From: a virus
Lineage: Duplodnaviria > Heunggongvirae > Uroviricota > Caudoviricetes
Reading direction: 5' to 3' (one strand)
Virus record (IMG/VR): IMGVR_UViG_2690316311_000018
DNA: 10,049 bases
Shown here: positions 1 through 6,986 of the stretch, piece by piece
Position numbering within the stretch: position 1 is the first letter of the stretch
How the letters are laid out: each line of letters starts with the position of its first letter
Notes under the pieces: generated by a model
What the model saw: the letters and a program-made list of their open reading frames with translations, nothing else
Databases searched by the model: none
Told to the model about the DNA's origin: nothing
Position numbers and translations under genes: made by a program

Positions 1-435
1 CAAATGATGATTGATGGCTTATCAGAGCGTGGAAACGTCAATCACTGGCTGCTTAATGGCGGTGGCTGGTTCTTTAATCTCGATTACGACAAAGAAATTC
101 TGGCTAAAGCTCTTGCCCATAAAGCAGGTGAACTTCCGTTAATCATCGAACTGGTGAGCAAAGATAAAAAATATGTCATCTGCCACGCCGATTATCCTTG
201 TGACGAATACGAGTTTGGAAAGCCAGTTGATCATCAGCAGTTAATTTGGAACCGCGAACGAATCAGCAACTCACAAGACGGGATCGTGAAAGAAATCAAA
301 GGAGCGGACATGTTCATCTTTGGTCATACGCCAGCAGTGAAACCACTCAAGTTTGCCAACCAGATGTATATCGATACCGGCGCAGTGTTCTGCGGAAACC
401 TCACATTGATTCATGTACAGGGAGAAGGCGCATGA
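1..435 (+). CDS. ninI: Serine/threonine protein phosphatase, lambda NinI (ORF221)-type; 5'-partial, only the C-terminal ~144 aa are in the window
   Basis: Open frame from base 1 (codon 1-3 caa, then [15 protein letters not shown]...) to TGA at 433-435. From memory the sequence matches the C-terminal half of lambda protein phosphatase, including the GHTP motif typical of PPP-family phosphatases. Stop overlaps the next start (ATGA at 432-435). Confidence 0.85.
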   Translation, partial: QMMIDGLSERGNVNHWLLNGGGWFFNLDYDKEILAKALAHKAGELPLIIELVSKDKKYVICHADYPCDEYEFGKPVDHQQLIWNRERISNSQDGIVKEIKGADMFIFGHTPAVKPLKFANQMYIDTGAVFCGNLTLIHVQGEGA

Positions 436-1055
436 GACTCGAAAGCGTAGCTAAATTTCATTCGCCAAAAAGCCCGATGATGAGCGACTCACCACGGGCT
501 ACGGCTTCTGACTCTCTTTCCGGTACTGATGTGATGGCTGCTATGGGGATGGCGCAATCACAAGCCGGATTCGGAATGGCTGCATTCTGCGGTAAGCATG
601 AACTCAGCCAGAACGACAAACAAAAGGCTATCAACTATCTGATGCAATTTGCACACAAGGTATCGGGGAAATACCGTGGCGTGGCAAAGCTTGAAGGAAA
701 TACTAAGGCAAAGGTACTGCAAGTGCTCGCAACATTCGCTTATGCGGATTATTGCCGTAGTGCCGCGACGCCGGGCGCAAGATGCAGAGATTGTCACGGT
801 ACAGGCCGTGCGGTTGATATAGCAAAAACAGAGCAGTGGGGGAGAGTTGTTGAGAAAGAGTGCGGAAGATGCAAAGGCGTCGGCTATTCAAGGATGCCAG
901 CAAGTGCCGCATATCGCGCTGTAACGATGCTAATCCCAAACCTTACTCAACCCACCTGGTCACGCACTGTTAAGCCGCTGTATGACGCTCTGGTGGTGCA
1001 ATGCCACAAGGAAGAGTCAATCGCAGACAACATTTTGAACGCGGTCACACGTTAG
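432..1055 (+). CDS. Q: Late-gene antitermination protein Q (lambda Q-type), 207 aa
   Basis: ATG at 432 preceded by GGGAGAAGG (419-427). Product [15 protein letters not shown]... with a Cys-x2-Cys ... Cys-x2-Cys zinc-binding arrangement, recalled as near-identical to lambda Q. The ORF track's start at 246 is a frame extension overlapping the phosphatase gene; 432 is the supported start. Confidence 0.9.
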   Translation: MRLESVAKFHSPKSPMMSDSPRATASDSLSGTDVMAAMGMAQSQAGFGMAAFCGKHELSQNDKQKAINYLMQFAHKVSGKYRGVAKLEGNTKAKVLQVLATFAYADYCRSAATPGARCRDCHGTGRAVDIAKTEQWGRVVEKECGRCKGVGYSRMPASAAYRAVTMLIPNLTQPTWSRTVKPLYDALVVQCHKEESIADNILNAVTR

Positions 1056-1097
1056 CAGCATGATTGCCACGGATGGCAACATATTAACGGCATGATA

Positions 1098-1126
1098 TTG
1101 ACTTATTGAATAAAGTTGGGTAAATT
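1098..1126 (+). promoter_or_regulatory. Late promoter pR' (-35 TTGACT, 17-bp spacer, -10 TAAATT); the Q-utilisation (qut) site is expected to overlap it
   Basis: TTGACT at 1098-1103 and TAAATT at 1121-1126 with a 17-bp spacer, directly downstream of Q as in lambda. Predicted transcription start near 1133. Confidence 0.75.
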
Positions 1127-1132
1127 TGACCC

Positions 1133-1327
1133 AACGATGGGTTAATTCGCTCGTTGTGGTATTGAGATAAAAAGAGGCGGCGCTTACTACCGATTCCGCC
1201 CAGTTGGTCACTTCGACGTATCGTCTGGAACTCCAACCATCGCAGGCTGAGAGGTCTGCAAAATGCAATCCCGAAACAGTTCGCAGGTAATAGTTAGAGC
1301 CTGCATAACGGTTTCGGGATTTTTTAT
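1133..1327 (+). ncRNA. Short constitutive late leader transcript (lambda 6S RNA equivalent), pR' start to tR'
   Basis: Distance from the predicted start (~1133) to the end of the tR' U-tract (~1327) is ~194 nt, the length of lambda 6S RNA. No credible ORF inside. The 5' end is inferred, not observed. Confidence 0.6.
1268..1327 (+). terminator. Rho-independent terminator tR'
   Basis: Perfect 10-bp stem ATCCCGAAAC (1268-1277) / GTTTCGGGAT (1311-1320) enclosing an internal GCAGG/CCTGC sub-stem, followed by TTTTTTAT (1321-1328). Confidence 0.8.
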
Positions 1328-1335
1328 ATCTGTGT

Positions 1336-1602
1336 AACAGGTAAGAGCATTCTCCCTTATGGGGCTTGGCTTAAATGCACCGAGTGCTCTTATCGTTGTG
1401 GCAGCACAACGATAGTTTTCGTCAGAGTTGGCGACTTTGCGGTTTTTTAGAAACTGACCACAAAGATAAATGCAAACGATGATGTTGTTCTGATGGCGGC
1501 GTAATAGCCTGTAAGTCAGCAAGGTCTTCCGACTCCTTGTAAACAAATTCGGCGCACTGGCCCGGTGTGATTAATAATGGGCACACAACAGGTAAGAGCA
1601 TT
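1336..1602 (+). repeat. Exact 16-bp direct repeat AACAGGTAAGAGCATT (1336-1351 and 1587-1602) bounding a ~235-bp segment; each copy has a downstream inverted partner GAGTGCTCTT (1382-1391; 1671-1680)
   Basis: Read directly from the sequence. The repeats are 251 bp apart start to start. Each copy can pair with its partner as a ~10-bp long-range stem. Confidence 0.7.
1391..1414 (+). repeat. Perfect 10-bp palindrome / hairpin TATCGTTGTG-GCAG-CACAACGATA
   Basis: Arms at 1391-1400 and 1405-1414 are exact reverse complements with a 4-nt loop, followed by GTTTTCG. Lies inside the segment bounded by the direct repeats. Confidence 0.6.
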
Positions 1603-1830
1603 AAAGAACTGGCAAAGAGCTTAACGGTCTGCGAAAGCATTTCTTAGTGGCACAACTGGCCGGTACAACTGAGTGCTCTTTCCGGTGTGGTGAATGCGCA
1701 GGCTGATGCGCGCAGGAGAGCTTCGGAAGAACAAGGTGCCTGTATACAAGCCGGAGATCAGCGCCGGCCACCACAGCCAAATCCACCCAGAGCAAAACCG
1801 TTGTTCATCCTTACCATTCACTCAGTATTT

Positions 1831-1856
1831 TGGGCTACACCATCAGCCCATTTTTT
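1831..1856 (+). terminator. Candidate rho-independent terminator, + strand
   Basis: Stem TGGGCT (1831-1836) / AGCCCA (1845-1850), 8-nt loop, then TTTTTT (1851-1856). Confidence 0.5.
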
Positions 1857-1940
1857 AAAGCGTACTTCCACCAAGAACCAGACCTAACCAACTCATTGCT
1901 GACACTCTGTGGATACGGTTGTCTAGTACGCTTTAAAAAA
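1851..1940. repeat. Perfect 15-bp inverted repeat TTTTTTAAAGCGTAC (1851-1865) / GTACGCTTTAAAAAA (1926-1940) with a 60-bp spacer
   Basis: Read directly. The two arms supply the U-tracts of the two convergent terminator candidates. Confidence 0.7.
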
Positions 1941-1964
1941 GAAAACCCAGCATCAATGGCTGGG
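1933..1964 (-). terminator. Candidate rho-independent terminator, - strand, convergent with the one at 1831-1856
   Basis: Stem CCCAGC (1946-1951) / GCTGGG (1959-1964) with a 7-nt loop. On the - strand the hairpin is followed by TTTTCTTTTTT (complement of 1935-1945). Confidence 0.45.
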
Positions 1965-2127
1965 CTTCGTGATATGAGCGGCATGTATTGTTGGCGCAAT
2001 CCACGCCTGATTTGCTCATGAATGCGGTCACGAACAAACCCGTTACAAATCAACCGTAACCCGGATTTGTTCAAGCGACCATATCCATAATTCCTAATTT
2101 GAACAGATCCCCTTCTGGGGGTAAGAC

Positions 2128-2451
2128 ATGAAGATGCCAGAAAAACATGACCTGTTAGCCGCTATTCTCGCGGCAAAGGAACAAGGCATCGGGGCAATCC
2201 TTGCGTTTGCAATGGCGTACCTTCGCGGCAGATATAATGGCGGTGCGTTTACAAAAACAGTAATCGACGCAACGATGTGTGCCATTATCGCCTGGTTCAT
2301 TCGTGACCTTCTCGACTTCGCCGGACTAAGTAGCAATCTCGCTTATATAACGAGCGTGTTCATCGGCTACATCGGTACTGACTCGATTGGTTCGCTTATC
2401 AAACGCTTCGCTGCTAAAAAAGCCGGAGTAGAAGATGGTGGAAATCAATAA
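2128..2451 (+). CDS. S: Holin S (lambda S-type class I holin), 107 aa, with dual-start motif Met1-Lys2-Met3
   Basis: ATG AAG ATG at 2128-2136. Product [22 protein letters not shown]... with three hydrophobic segments and a charged C-terminus, recalled as near-identical to lambda S. Upstream GGGGGTAAGAC at 2117-2127. Confidence 0.92.
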   Translation: MKMPEKHDLLAAILAAKEQGIGAILAFAMAYLRGRYNGGAFTKTVIDATMCAIIAWFIRDLLDFAGLSSNLAYITSVFIGYIGTDSIGSLIKRFAAKKAGVEDGGNQ

Positions 2452-2911
2452 TCAACGCAAGGCGTTCCTCGATATGCTGGCGTGGTCAGAGGGAACAGAT
2501 AATGGACGGCAGAAAACCAGAAATCATGGTTATGACGTCATTGTTGGCGGAGAGCTATTCACTGATTACTCCGATCATCCTCGCAAACTTGTCACGCTAA
2601 ACCCAAAACTCAAATCAACAGCCGCCGGACGTTACCAGCTTCTTTCCCGTTGGTGGGATGCCTATCGTAAGCAGCTTGGCCTGAAAGACTTCTCTCCCAA
2701 AAGCCAGGACGCTGTTGCGCTGCAGCAGATTAAAGAGCGTGGCGCTTTGCCGATGATTGATCGCGGTGATATTCGTCAGGCAATCGACCGTTGCAGCAAT
2801 ATCTGGGCTTCACTGCCGGGCGCTGGTTATGGTCAGTTCGAGCATAAGGCTGACAGCCTGATTGCAAAATTCAAAGAAGCGGGCGGAACGGTCAGAGAGA
2901 TTGAGGTATGA
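2435..2911 (+). CDS. R: Endolysin R (lambda R-type lytic transglycosylase), 158 aa
   Basis: ATG at 2435 overlaps the end of S. GGAG at 2423-2426. Product [24 protein letters not shown]..., recalled as near-identical to lambda R. Confidence 0.92.
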   Translation: MVEINNQRKAFLDMLAWSEGTDNGRQKTRNHGYDVIVGGELFTDYSDHPRKLVTLNPKLKSTAAGRYQLLSRWWDAYRKQLGLKDFSPKSQDAVALQQIKERGALPMIDRGDIRQAIDRCSNIWASLPGAGYGQFEHKADSLIAKFKEAGGTVREIEV

Positions 2912-3345
2912 GCAGAGTCACCGCGATTATCTCCGCTCTGGTTATCTGCATCATCGTCTGCCTGTCATGGGCTGTTAATCATTACCGTGATAACGCCATG
3001 ACCTACAAAGAGCAGCGCGATAAAGCCACATCCATCATCGCTGATATGCAGAAGCGTCAACGTGATGTAGCAGAACTCGACGCCAGATACACAAAGGAGC
3101 TTGCTGATGCTAACGCTACTATCGAAAGCCTTCGTGCTGATGTTTCTGCTGGTCGTAAGCGCCTGCAAGTCGCCGCCACCTGTGCAAAGTCAACGACCGG
3201 AGCCAGCAGCATGGGCGATGGAGAAAGCCCAAGACTTACAGCAGATGCTGAACTCAATTATTACCGTCTCCGAAGTGGAATCGACAGGATAACCGCGCAG
3301 GTTAACTACCTGCAGGAGTACATCAGGACTCAGTGCCTGAAATAA
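2908..3345 (+). CDS. Rz: Spanin inner-membrane subunit Rz (i-spanin), 145 aa; lambda-like N-terminus, divergent periplasmic domain
   Basis: ATGA overlap with the R stop (2908-2911). N-terminal transmembrane segment [20 protein letters not shown], then a charged, likely coiled-coil region. The first ~30 aa match lambda Rz as I recall it; the remainder does not. Confidence 0.85.
   Translation: MSRVTAIISALVICIIVCLSWAVNHYRDNAMTYKEQRDKATSIIADMQKRQRDVAELDARYTKELADANATIESLRADVSAGRKRLQVAATCAKSTTGASSMGDGESPRLTADAELNYYRLRSGIDRITAQVNYLQEYIRTQCLK
3107..3292 (+). CDS. Rz1: Spanin outer-membrane lipoprotein subunit Rz1 (o-spanin), 61 aa, embedded in the +1 frame inside Rz
   Basis: ATG at 3107 with AAGGAG at 3094-3099 (7-nt spacing). 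Product [33 protein letters not shown]...: signal peptide with a V-S-A-C lipobox and a proline-rich mature part. The ORF track begins this frame two codons earlier at TTG 3101. Confidence 0.8.
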   Translation: MLTLLSKAFVLMFLLVVSACKSPPPVQSQRPEPAAWAMEKAQDLQQMLNSIITVSEVESTG

Positions 3346-3376
3346 TTTTTTTGCAAATCACAAAGTCCATTTAATG

Positions 3377-3401
3377 AGCCTCGCGATGCGGGGCTTTTTT
3401 T
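3377..3401 (+). terminator. Rho-independent terminator downstream of Rz
   Basis: Stem GCCTCGC (3378-3384) / GCGGGGC (3388-3394) with one G-U wobble and a 3-nt loop, then TTTTTTT (3395-3401). Confidence 0.65.
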
Positions 3402-3550
3402 ACATCTGAATTTCACAGCGCATCTCACGCGCATATTACATCACCCGAGCCTTTCAGAAAGTTGAGCCTGAGAACTGCCGTATATGGTGGCGACCATCTC
3501 GGGGCGGCTTTTCTGTGAGACAGGCTCACTTTCTAAAAGGTAAAGACGCT

Positions 3551-4069
3551 ATGAATCATCAATTGGCTAATCTCGATTTCCGGGACATGGTGGTTGTTTC
3601 TGGTGATCGCGTGATCACAACCTCCCGCAAGGTAGCAGCTTACTTCGACAAGCAGCATCACCACATCATTCAGAAAATCGAAAAGCTAGACTGTTCGGAT
3701 GAATTTCTAACCAGCAACTTTTCGCGGGTTACCTATGAACACAAGGGTAATCAGTATGTTGAATATGAAATTTCCAAAGACGGTGCGATGTACATCATCA
3801 TGTCGTTTACCGGCAAAAAAGCTGCCGCCATCAAAGAGGCGTTTATCAAAGCATTTAATTGGATGCGTGACAGGCTGATGGAGATGGCTCACTCATACCA
3901 AAGAGAGCACAACGAGTTAATGCTGGAGTTCATGAAGGAAAAGGATGTTGCCAGTATGTCAGGACGCTTGCTGAACCGCTGGGGCAGGATCAAAAAACCG
4001 CAACTCATAGCAAGAATCAAAAGGCTTGAGCAGCAGGCGCAAATATCGATCCCCGGACTGCCAAAGTGA
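3551..4069 (+). CDS. Phage regulatory protein Rha-family (N-terminal Rha domain), ~172 aa
   Basis: Product MNHQLANLDFRDMVVVSGDRVITTSRKVAAYFDKQHHHIIQKIEKL... fits the Rha-domain N-terminal pattern. Start placed at ATG 3551 (weak AAGG upstream); the ORF track's longer version begins at GTG 3515 with no ribosome-binding site. The P22 gene order places rha just after the lysis genes. Confidence 0.7.
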   Translation: MNHQLANLDFRDMVVVSGDRVITTSRKVAAYFDKQHHHIIQKIEKLDCSDEFLTSNFSRVTYEHKGNQYVEYEISKDGAMYIIMSFTGKKAAAIKEAFIKAFNWMRDRLMEMAHSYQREHNELMLEFMKEKDVASMSGRLLNRWGRIKKPQLIARIKRLEQQAQISIPGLPK

Positions 4070-4352
4070 CCATTCCAAAGCCCATCTACGGGTGGGCTTG
4101 ATAATGAAACCGTGATTTACATCCCCACAATCCGGGTATGTAAAAGATAGTTCAGGCGAGAACAGATTTAACTAAATCTGTGCACCACCAGTTACGGCAG
4201 TACCGCGAAACAACCCAAGCCAGTAAGTGGGGAAATAACACTGGCAGCCACTGAAAGATGAACCTCCAGCCTTATGGCAAAAAAGATTCTTTGTGGTGGC
4301 GAACTGATGGAAAGACATCCTAATCAAGCAACCACTCTACAGGGTCATAATT

Positions 4353-4724
4353 ATGAACGACCAGCAAATCGAAAAAGAAATCGTTGAGAAAGGCAAAACG
4401 GCACCGCGAGTTACGCCAGACCATATCGAAGGAATTATTGCTCAGGAGGCATATTTCACAGCAGAGGATGGTGCCTTTGGCAAAGCCATAAAAGCGAAAC
4501 ATACTGGCGGAGAGGTAAACTACCAGTCGCACGAATCACTTTCTCTGCTGACGTTCTGCGTCCTGGTGCTGCGCAACGGCTTCACCGTCACCGGAGAGAG
4601 TGCCTGTGCAAGTCAGGAAAATTTTGATGCAGAAATTGGTCGGAAGATTGCCCGGCAGAATGCTGTAAACAAAATCTGGATGCTCGAAGGTTACTTGCTG
4701 AAGCAGAAGCTAAGCGAACAGTAG
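4353..4724 (+). CDS. Small phage protein, Gp49-like (N4 gp49 / Sf6 gp66 family), function unknown
   Basis: 123-aa ORF with AGGG 9 nt upstream. Family assignment is from memory of proteins found between lysis and terminase genes in P22/Sf6-like phages; not verified. Confidence 0.55.
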   Translation: MNDQQIEKEIVEKGKTAPRVTPDHIEGIIAQEAYFTAEDGAFGKAIKAKHTGGEVNYQSHESLSLLTFCVLVLRNGFTVTGESACASQENFDAEIGRKIARQNAVNKIWMLEGYLLKQKLSEQ

Positions 4725-4827
4725 TTATTACAAAAGCCATTCCTTACTGAGTGGCTTTGATAATGGCTTATACCCTACACGGGATAACTTAACTGATATC
4801 CCTTTTAACGGATAAACGGAGCCAACA

Positions 4828-5070
4828 ATGGCAGAGATTATTCCCATGACTGAAGAACAGAAATTCCAGTTAGAGATTTACAAACTGGTCATGAACCAGA
4901 ACGCAGCCGCGGAGGAAGCATTTCAGTTCATTGGCACTGACGAGCTGAAGCTTGAGCTATTCAAAATTCACTTCCAGTCAGGTGGCGCTAATTCAGATAT
5001 CACGACCCGCACAATCGAAGCGGTGCGTAAATCGAAGGAAGCGTTAGACCTGTTCACTACCGGAGCGTAA
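4828..5070 (+). CDS. Hypothetical small acidic phage protein, 80 aa
   Basis: ATG at 4828 with GGAG at 4816-4819. Same orientation and tight spacing as the neighbouring genes. No family recognised. Confidence 0.55.
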   Translation: MAEIIPMTEEQKFQLEIYKLVMNQNAAAEEAFQFIGTDELKLELFKIHFQSGGANSDITTRTIEAVRKSKEALDLFTTGA

Positions 5071-5072
5071 AC

Positions 5073-5144
5073 ATGGCAACTCAAGGTTTCGACAACCCAT
5101 CCAAATTCCGCGATGAATGGGATAAGCAAGCAGAAGGGAAATAA
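5073..5144 (+). CDS. Possible 23-aa leader micro-ORF (MATQGFDNPSKFRDEWDKQAEGK) immediately upstream of the small terminase gene
   Basis: ATG at 5073 with GGAG at 5062-5065 (7-nt spacing). Starts 2 nt after the previous stop and ends 5 nt before the terS start. Too short to judge by composition. Confidence 0.25.
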   Translation: MATQGFDNPSKFRDEWDKQAEGK

Positions 5145-5149
5145 TCAAT

Positions 5150-5575
5150 ATGGCGACTGAGAAAAAGAAAGGTGGTCGCCCCTCTGATTATATGCCGGAG
5201 GTGGCTAATGACATTTGCGCATTGCTTTCCTCCGGTGAGAGTCTGCGCAAAGTTTGCGAACGCCCAGGAATGCCGAGCAAAACATCAGTTTTTCGCTGGC
5301 TGGCTGAACATCAGGAGTTTCGTGACCAGTACGCGAAGGCAACAGAGACTCGGGCCGACTCTATTTTCGAAGAGATATTCGAAATTGCTGACGACGTAAT
5401 CCCTGATGCCGCCGAGGTGGCAAAGGCAAGACTTCGCGTTGATACCCGCAAATGGGCGCTGGCCCGAATGAATCCCCGTAAGTATGGCGACAAGGTAACT
5501 AACGAGCTTGTCGGCAAAGACGGCGGCGCAATCCAGATTGAAACATCACCGATGAGCACTCTATTCGGAAAATGA
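5150..5575 (+). CDS. Terminase small subunit (Sf6 gp1-type), 141 aa
   Basis: Product MATEKKKGGRPSDYMPEVANDICALLSSGESLRKVCERPGMP..., recalled as closely matching the Sf6 small terminase with an N-terminal helix-turn-helix-like region. Stop overlaps the terL start (ATGA at 5572-5575). Confidence 0.85.
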   Translation: MATEKKKGGRPSDYMPEVANDICALLSSGESLRKVCERPGMPSKTSVFRWLAEHQEFRDQYAKATETRADSIFEEIFEIADDVIPDAAEVAKARLRVDTRKWALARMNPRKYGDKVTNELVGKDGGAIQIETSPMSTLFGK

Positions 5576-6984
5576 CCTCGATTAATCCTATCTTTGAACC
5601 GTTCATTGAGGCGCATCGCTACAAAGTCGCCAAAGGCGGTCGAGGTAGCGGTAAGTCATGGGCAATTGCGAGGCTTCTTGTTGAAGCGGCGCGTCGGCAG
5701 CCTGTGCGTATTCTTTGCGCTCGTGAGCTGCAAAACAGTATCAGCGATTCGGTAATCAGGTTGCTTGAAGACACCATCGAGCGTGAAGGGTATTCGGCTG
5801 AGTTTGAAATTCAGCGTTCAATGATTCGTCATCTCGGAACGAATGCTGAATTCATGTTCTACGGCATCAAAAACAACCCGACGAAGATTAAATCGCTCGA
5901 AGGCATTGATATCTGCTGGGTGGAAGAAGCGGAAGCGGTAACGAAGGAATCGTGGGATATCCTGATTCCAACCATCCGTAAGCCGTTCTCTGAAATATGG
6001 GTAAGTTTCAACCCGAAAAACATCCTCGACGATACCTATCAGCGATTCGTCGTAAATCCTCCCGATGATATTTGCCTGCTGACGGTGAACTACACCGACA
6101 ACCCGCATTTTCCTGAAGTCCTCCGTCTGGAGATGGAAGAGTGTAAACGCAGAAATCCGACACTGTATCGTCACATCTGGCTTGGTGAGCCGGTAAGCGC
6201 AAGTGATATGGCAATCATCAAACGTGAATGGCTTGAAGCCGCAACCGATGCGCACACGAAACTCGGGTGGAAAGCGAAAGGTGCGGTTGTTTCTGCGCAT
6301 GACCCATCAGATACAGGGCCAGATGCTAAAGGTTATGCATCGCGTCACGGTTCGGTAGTTAAGCGCATTGCCGAAGGTCTGCTGATGGACATCAACGAGG
6401 GTGCTGACTGGGCTACTTCGCTGGCGATTGAAGACGGCGCTGACCATTACCTGTGGGACGGTGATGGCGTCGGTGCGGGCCTACGCAGACAGACAACGGA
6501 AGCATTCTCCGGCAAGAAAATTACCGCCACGATGTTCAAGGGTAGCGAATCGCCATTCGATGAAGATGGGCCTTATCAGGCCGGAGCATGGGCTGATGAA
6601 GTCGTACAGGGCGACAACGTTCGCACTATTGGCGATGTATTCCGCAATAAGCGAGCGCAATTCTATTACGCGCTGGCTGACAGGCTGTATCTGACATATC
6701 GGGCGGTTGTCCACGGTGAGTATGCAGACCCCGACGACATGCTGAGCTTCGACAAAGAAGCGATAGGCGAGAAGATGCTGGAGAAGCTGTTTGCAGAACT
6801 GACGCAGATTCAGCGCAAATTCAATAATAACGGGAAGCTGGAGCTTATGACTAAGGTCGAAATGAAGCAGAAGCTCGGTATCCCATCTCCTAACCTGGCT
6901 GATGCGCTGATGATGTGTATGCATTGCCCGGCATTGGTCCGCGAAGAAACAGAAATATACGTTCCCTCATCCTCCGGTTGGTAA
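5572..6984 (+). CDS. Terminase large subunit (P22/Sf6-type headful packaging ATPase-nuclease), 470 aa
   Basis: Walker A motif KGGRGSGKSW near the N-terminus and acidic nuclease-like C-terminal half. Length and N-terminus match my recollection of Sf6 gp2. Confidence 0.9.
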   Translation: MTSINPIFEPFIEAHRYKVAKGGRGSGKSWAIARLLVEAARRQPVRILCARELQNSISDSVIRLLEDTIEREGYSAEFEIQRSMIRHLGTNAEFMFYGIKNNPTKIKSLEGIDICWVEEAEAVTKESWDILIPTIRKPFSEIWVSFNPKNILDDTYQRFVVNPPDDICLLTVNYTDNPHFPEVLRLEMEECKRRNPTLYRHIWLGEPVSASDMAIIKREWLEAATDAHTKLGWKAKGAVVSAHDPSDTGPDAKGYASRHGSVVKRIAEGLLMDINEGADWATSLAIEDGADHYLWDGDGVGAGLRRQTTEAFSGKKITATMFKGSESPFDEDGPYQAGAWADEVVQGDNVRTIGDVFRNKRAQFYYALADRLYLTYRAVVHGEYADPDDMLSFDKEAIGEKMLEKLFAELTQIQRKFNNNGKLELMTKVEMKQKLGIPSPNLADALMMCMHCPALVREETEIYVPSSSGW

Positions 6985-6986
6985 AC

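Noticed and set aside
246-1055. ORF-track version of Q starting at 246 (269 aa)
   Set aside because: The first 62 codons overlap the phosphatase gene in another frame and have no ribosome-binding site. ATG 432 has a strong one and gives the canonical 207-aa Q.
1208-1546. 112-aa ORF on the - strand
   Set aside because: It runs antisense through the tR' terminator hairpin and 6S region, has no ribosome-binding site and no recognisable similarity. Most likely a chance ORF in the leader.
1933-2019. 28-codon ORF on the - strand ending in the - strand terminator U-tract
   Set aside because: No ribosome-binding site, and the terminator hairpin would lie inside its coding sequence. Noted only as a possible product of the putative leftward transcript.
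1422-2074. Several 60-80-aa ORFs on both strands in the late leader (1422-1640, 1601-1795, 1621-1821, 1687-1887, 1830-2021, 1835-2074)
   Set aside because: They overlap each other and the terminator and inverted-repeat structures, mostly start at non-ATG codons, are low-complexity, and lack ribosome-binding sites. The region looks non-coding.
3470-3512. Second possible hairpin (GCCG...CGGC, ATGGT/ACCAT) followed by TTTTCTG just upstream of rha
   Set aside because: Stem pairing is short and ambiguous and I could not settle on a single convincing fold. Left out of the feature list.
5818-6924. Antisense ORFs inside terL (5818-6300, 160 aa; 6008-6214; 6481-6924, 147 aa)
   Set aside because: Shadow ORFs opposite a well-supported large terminase gene. 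No independent signals.
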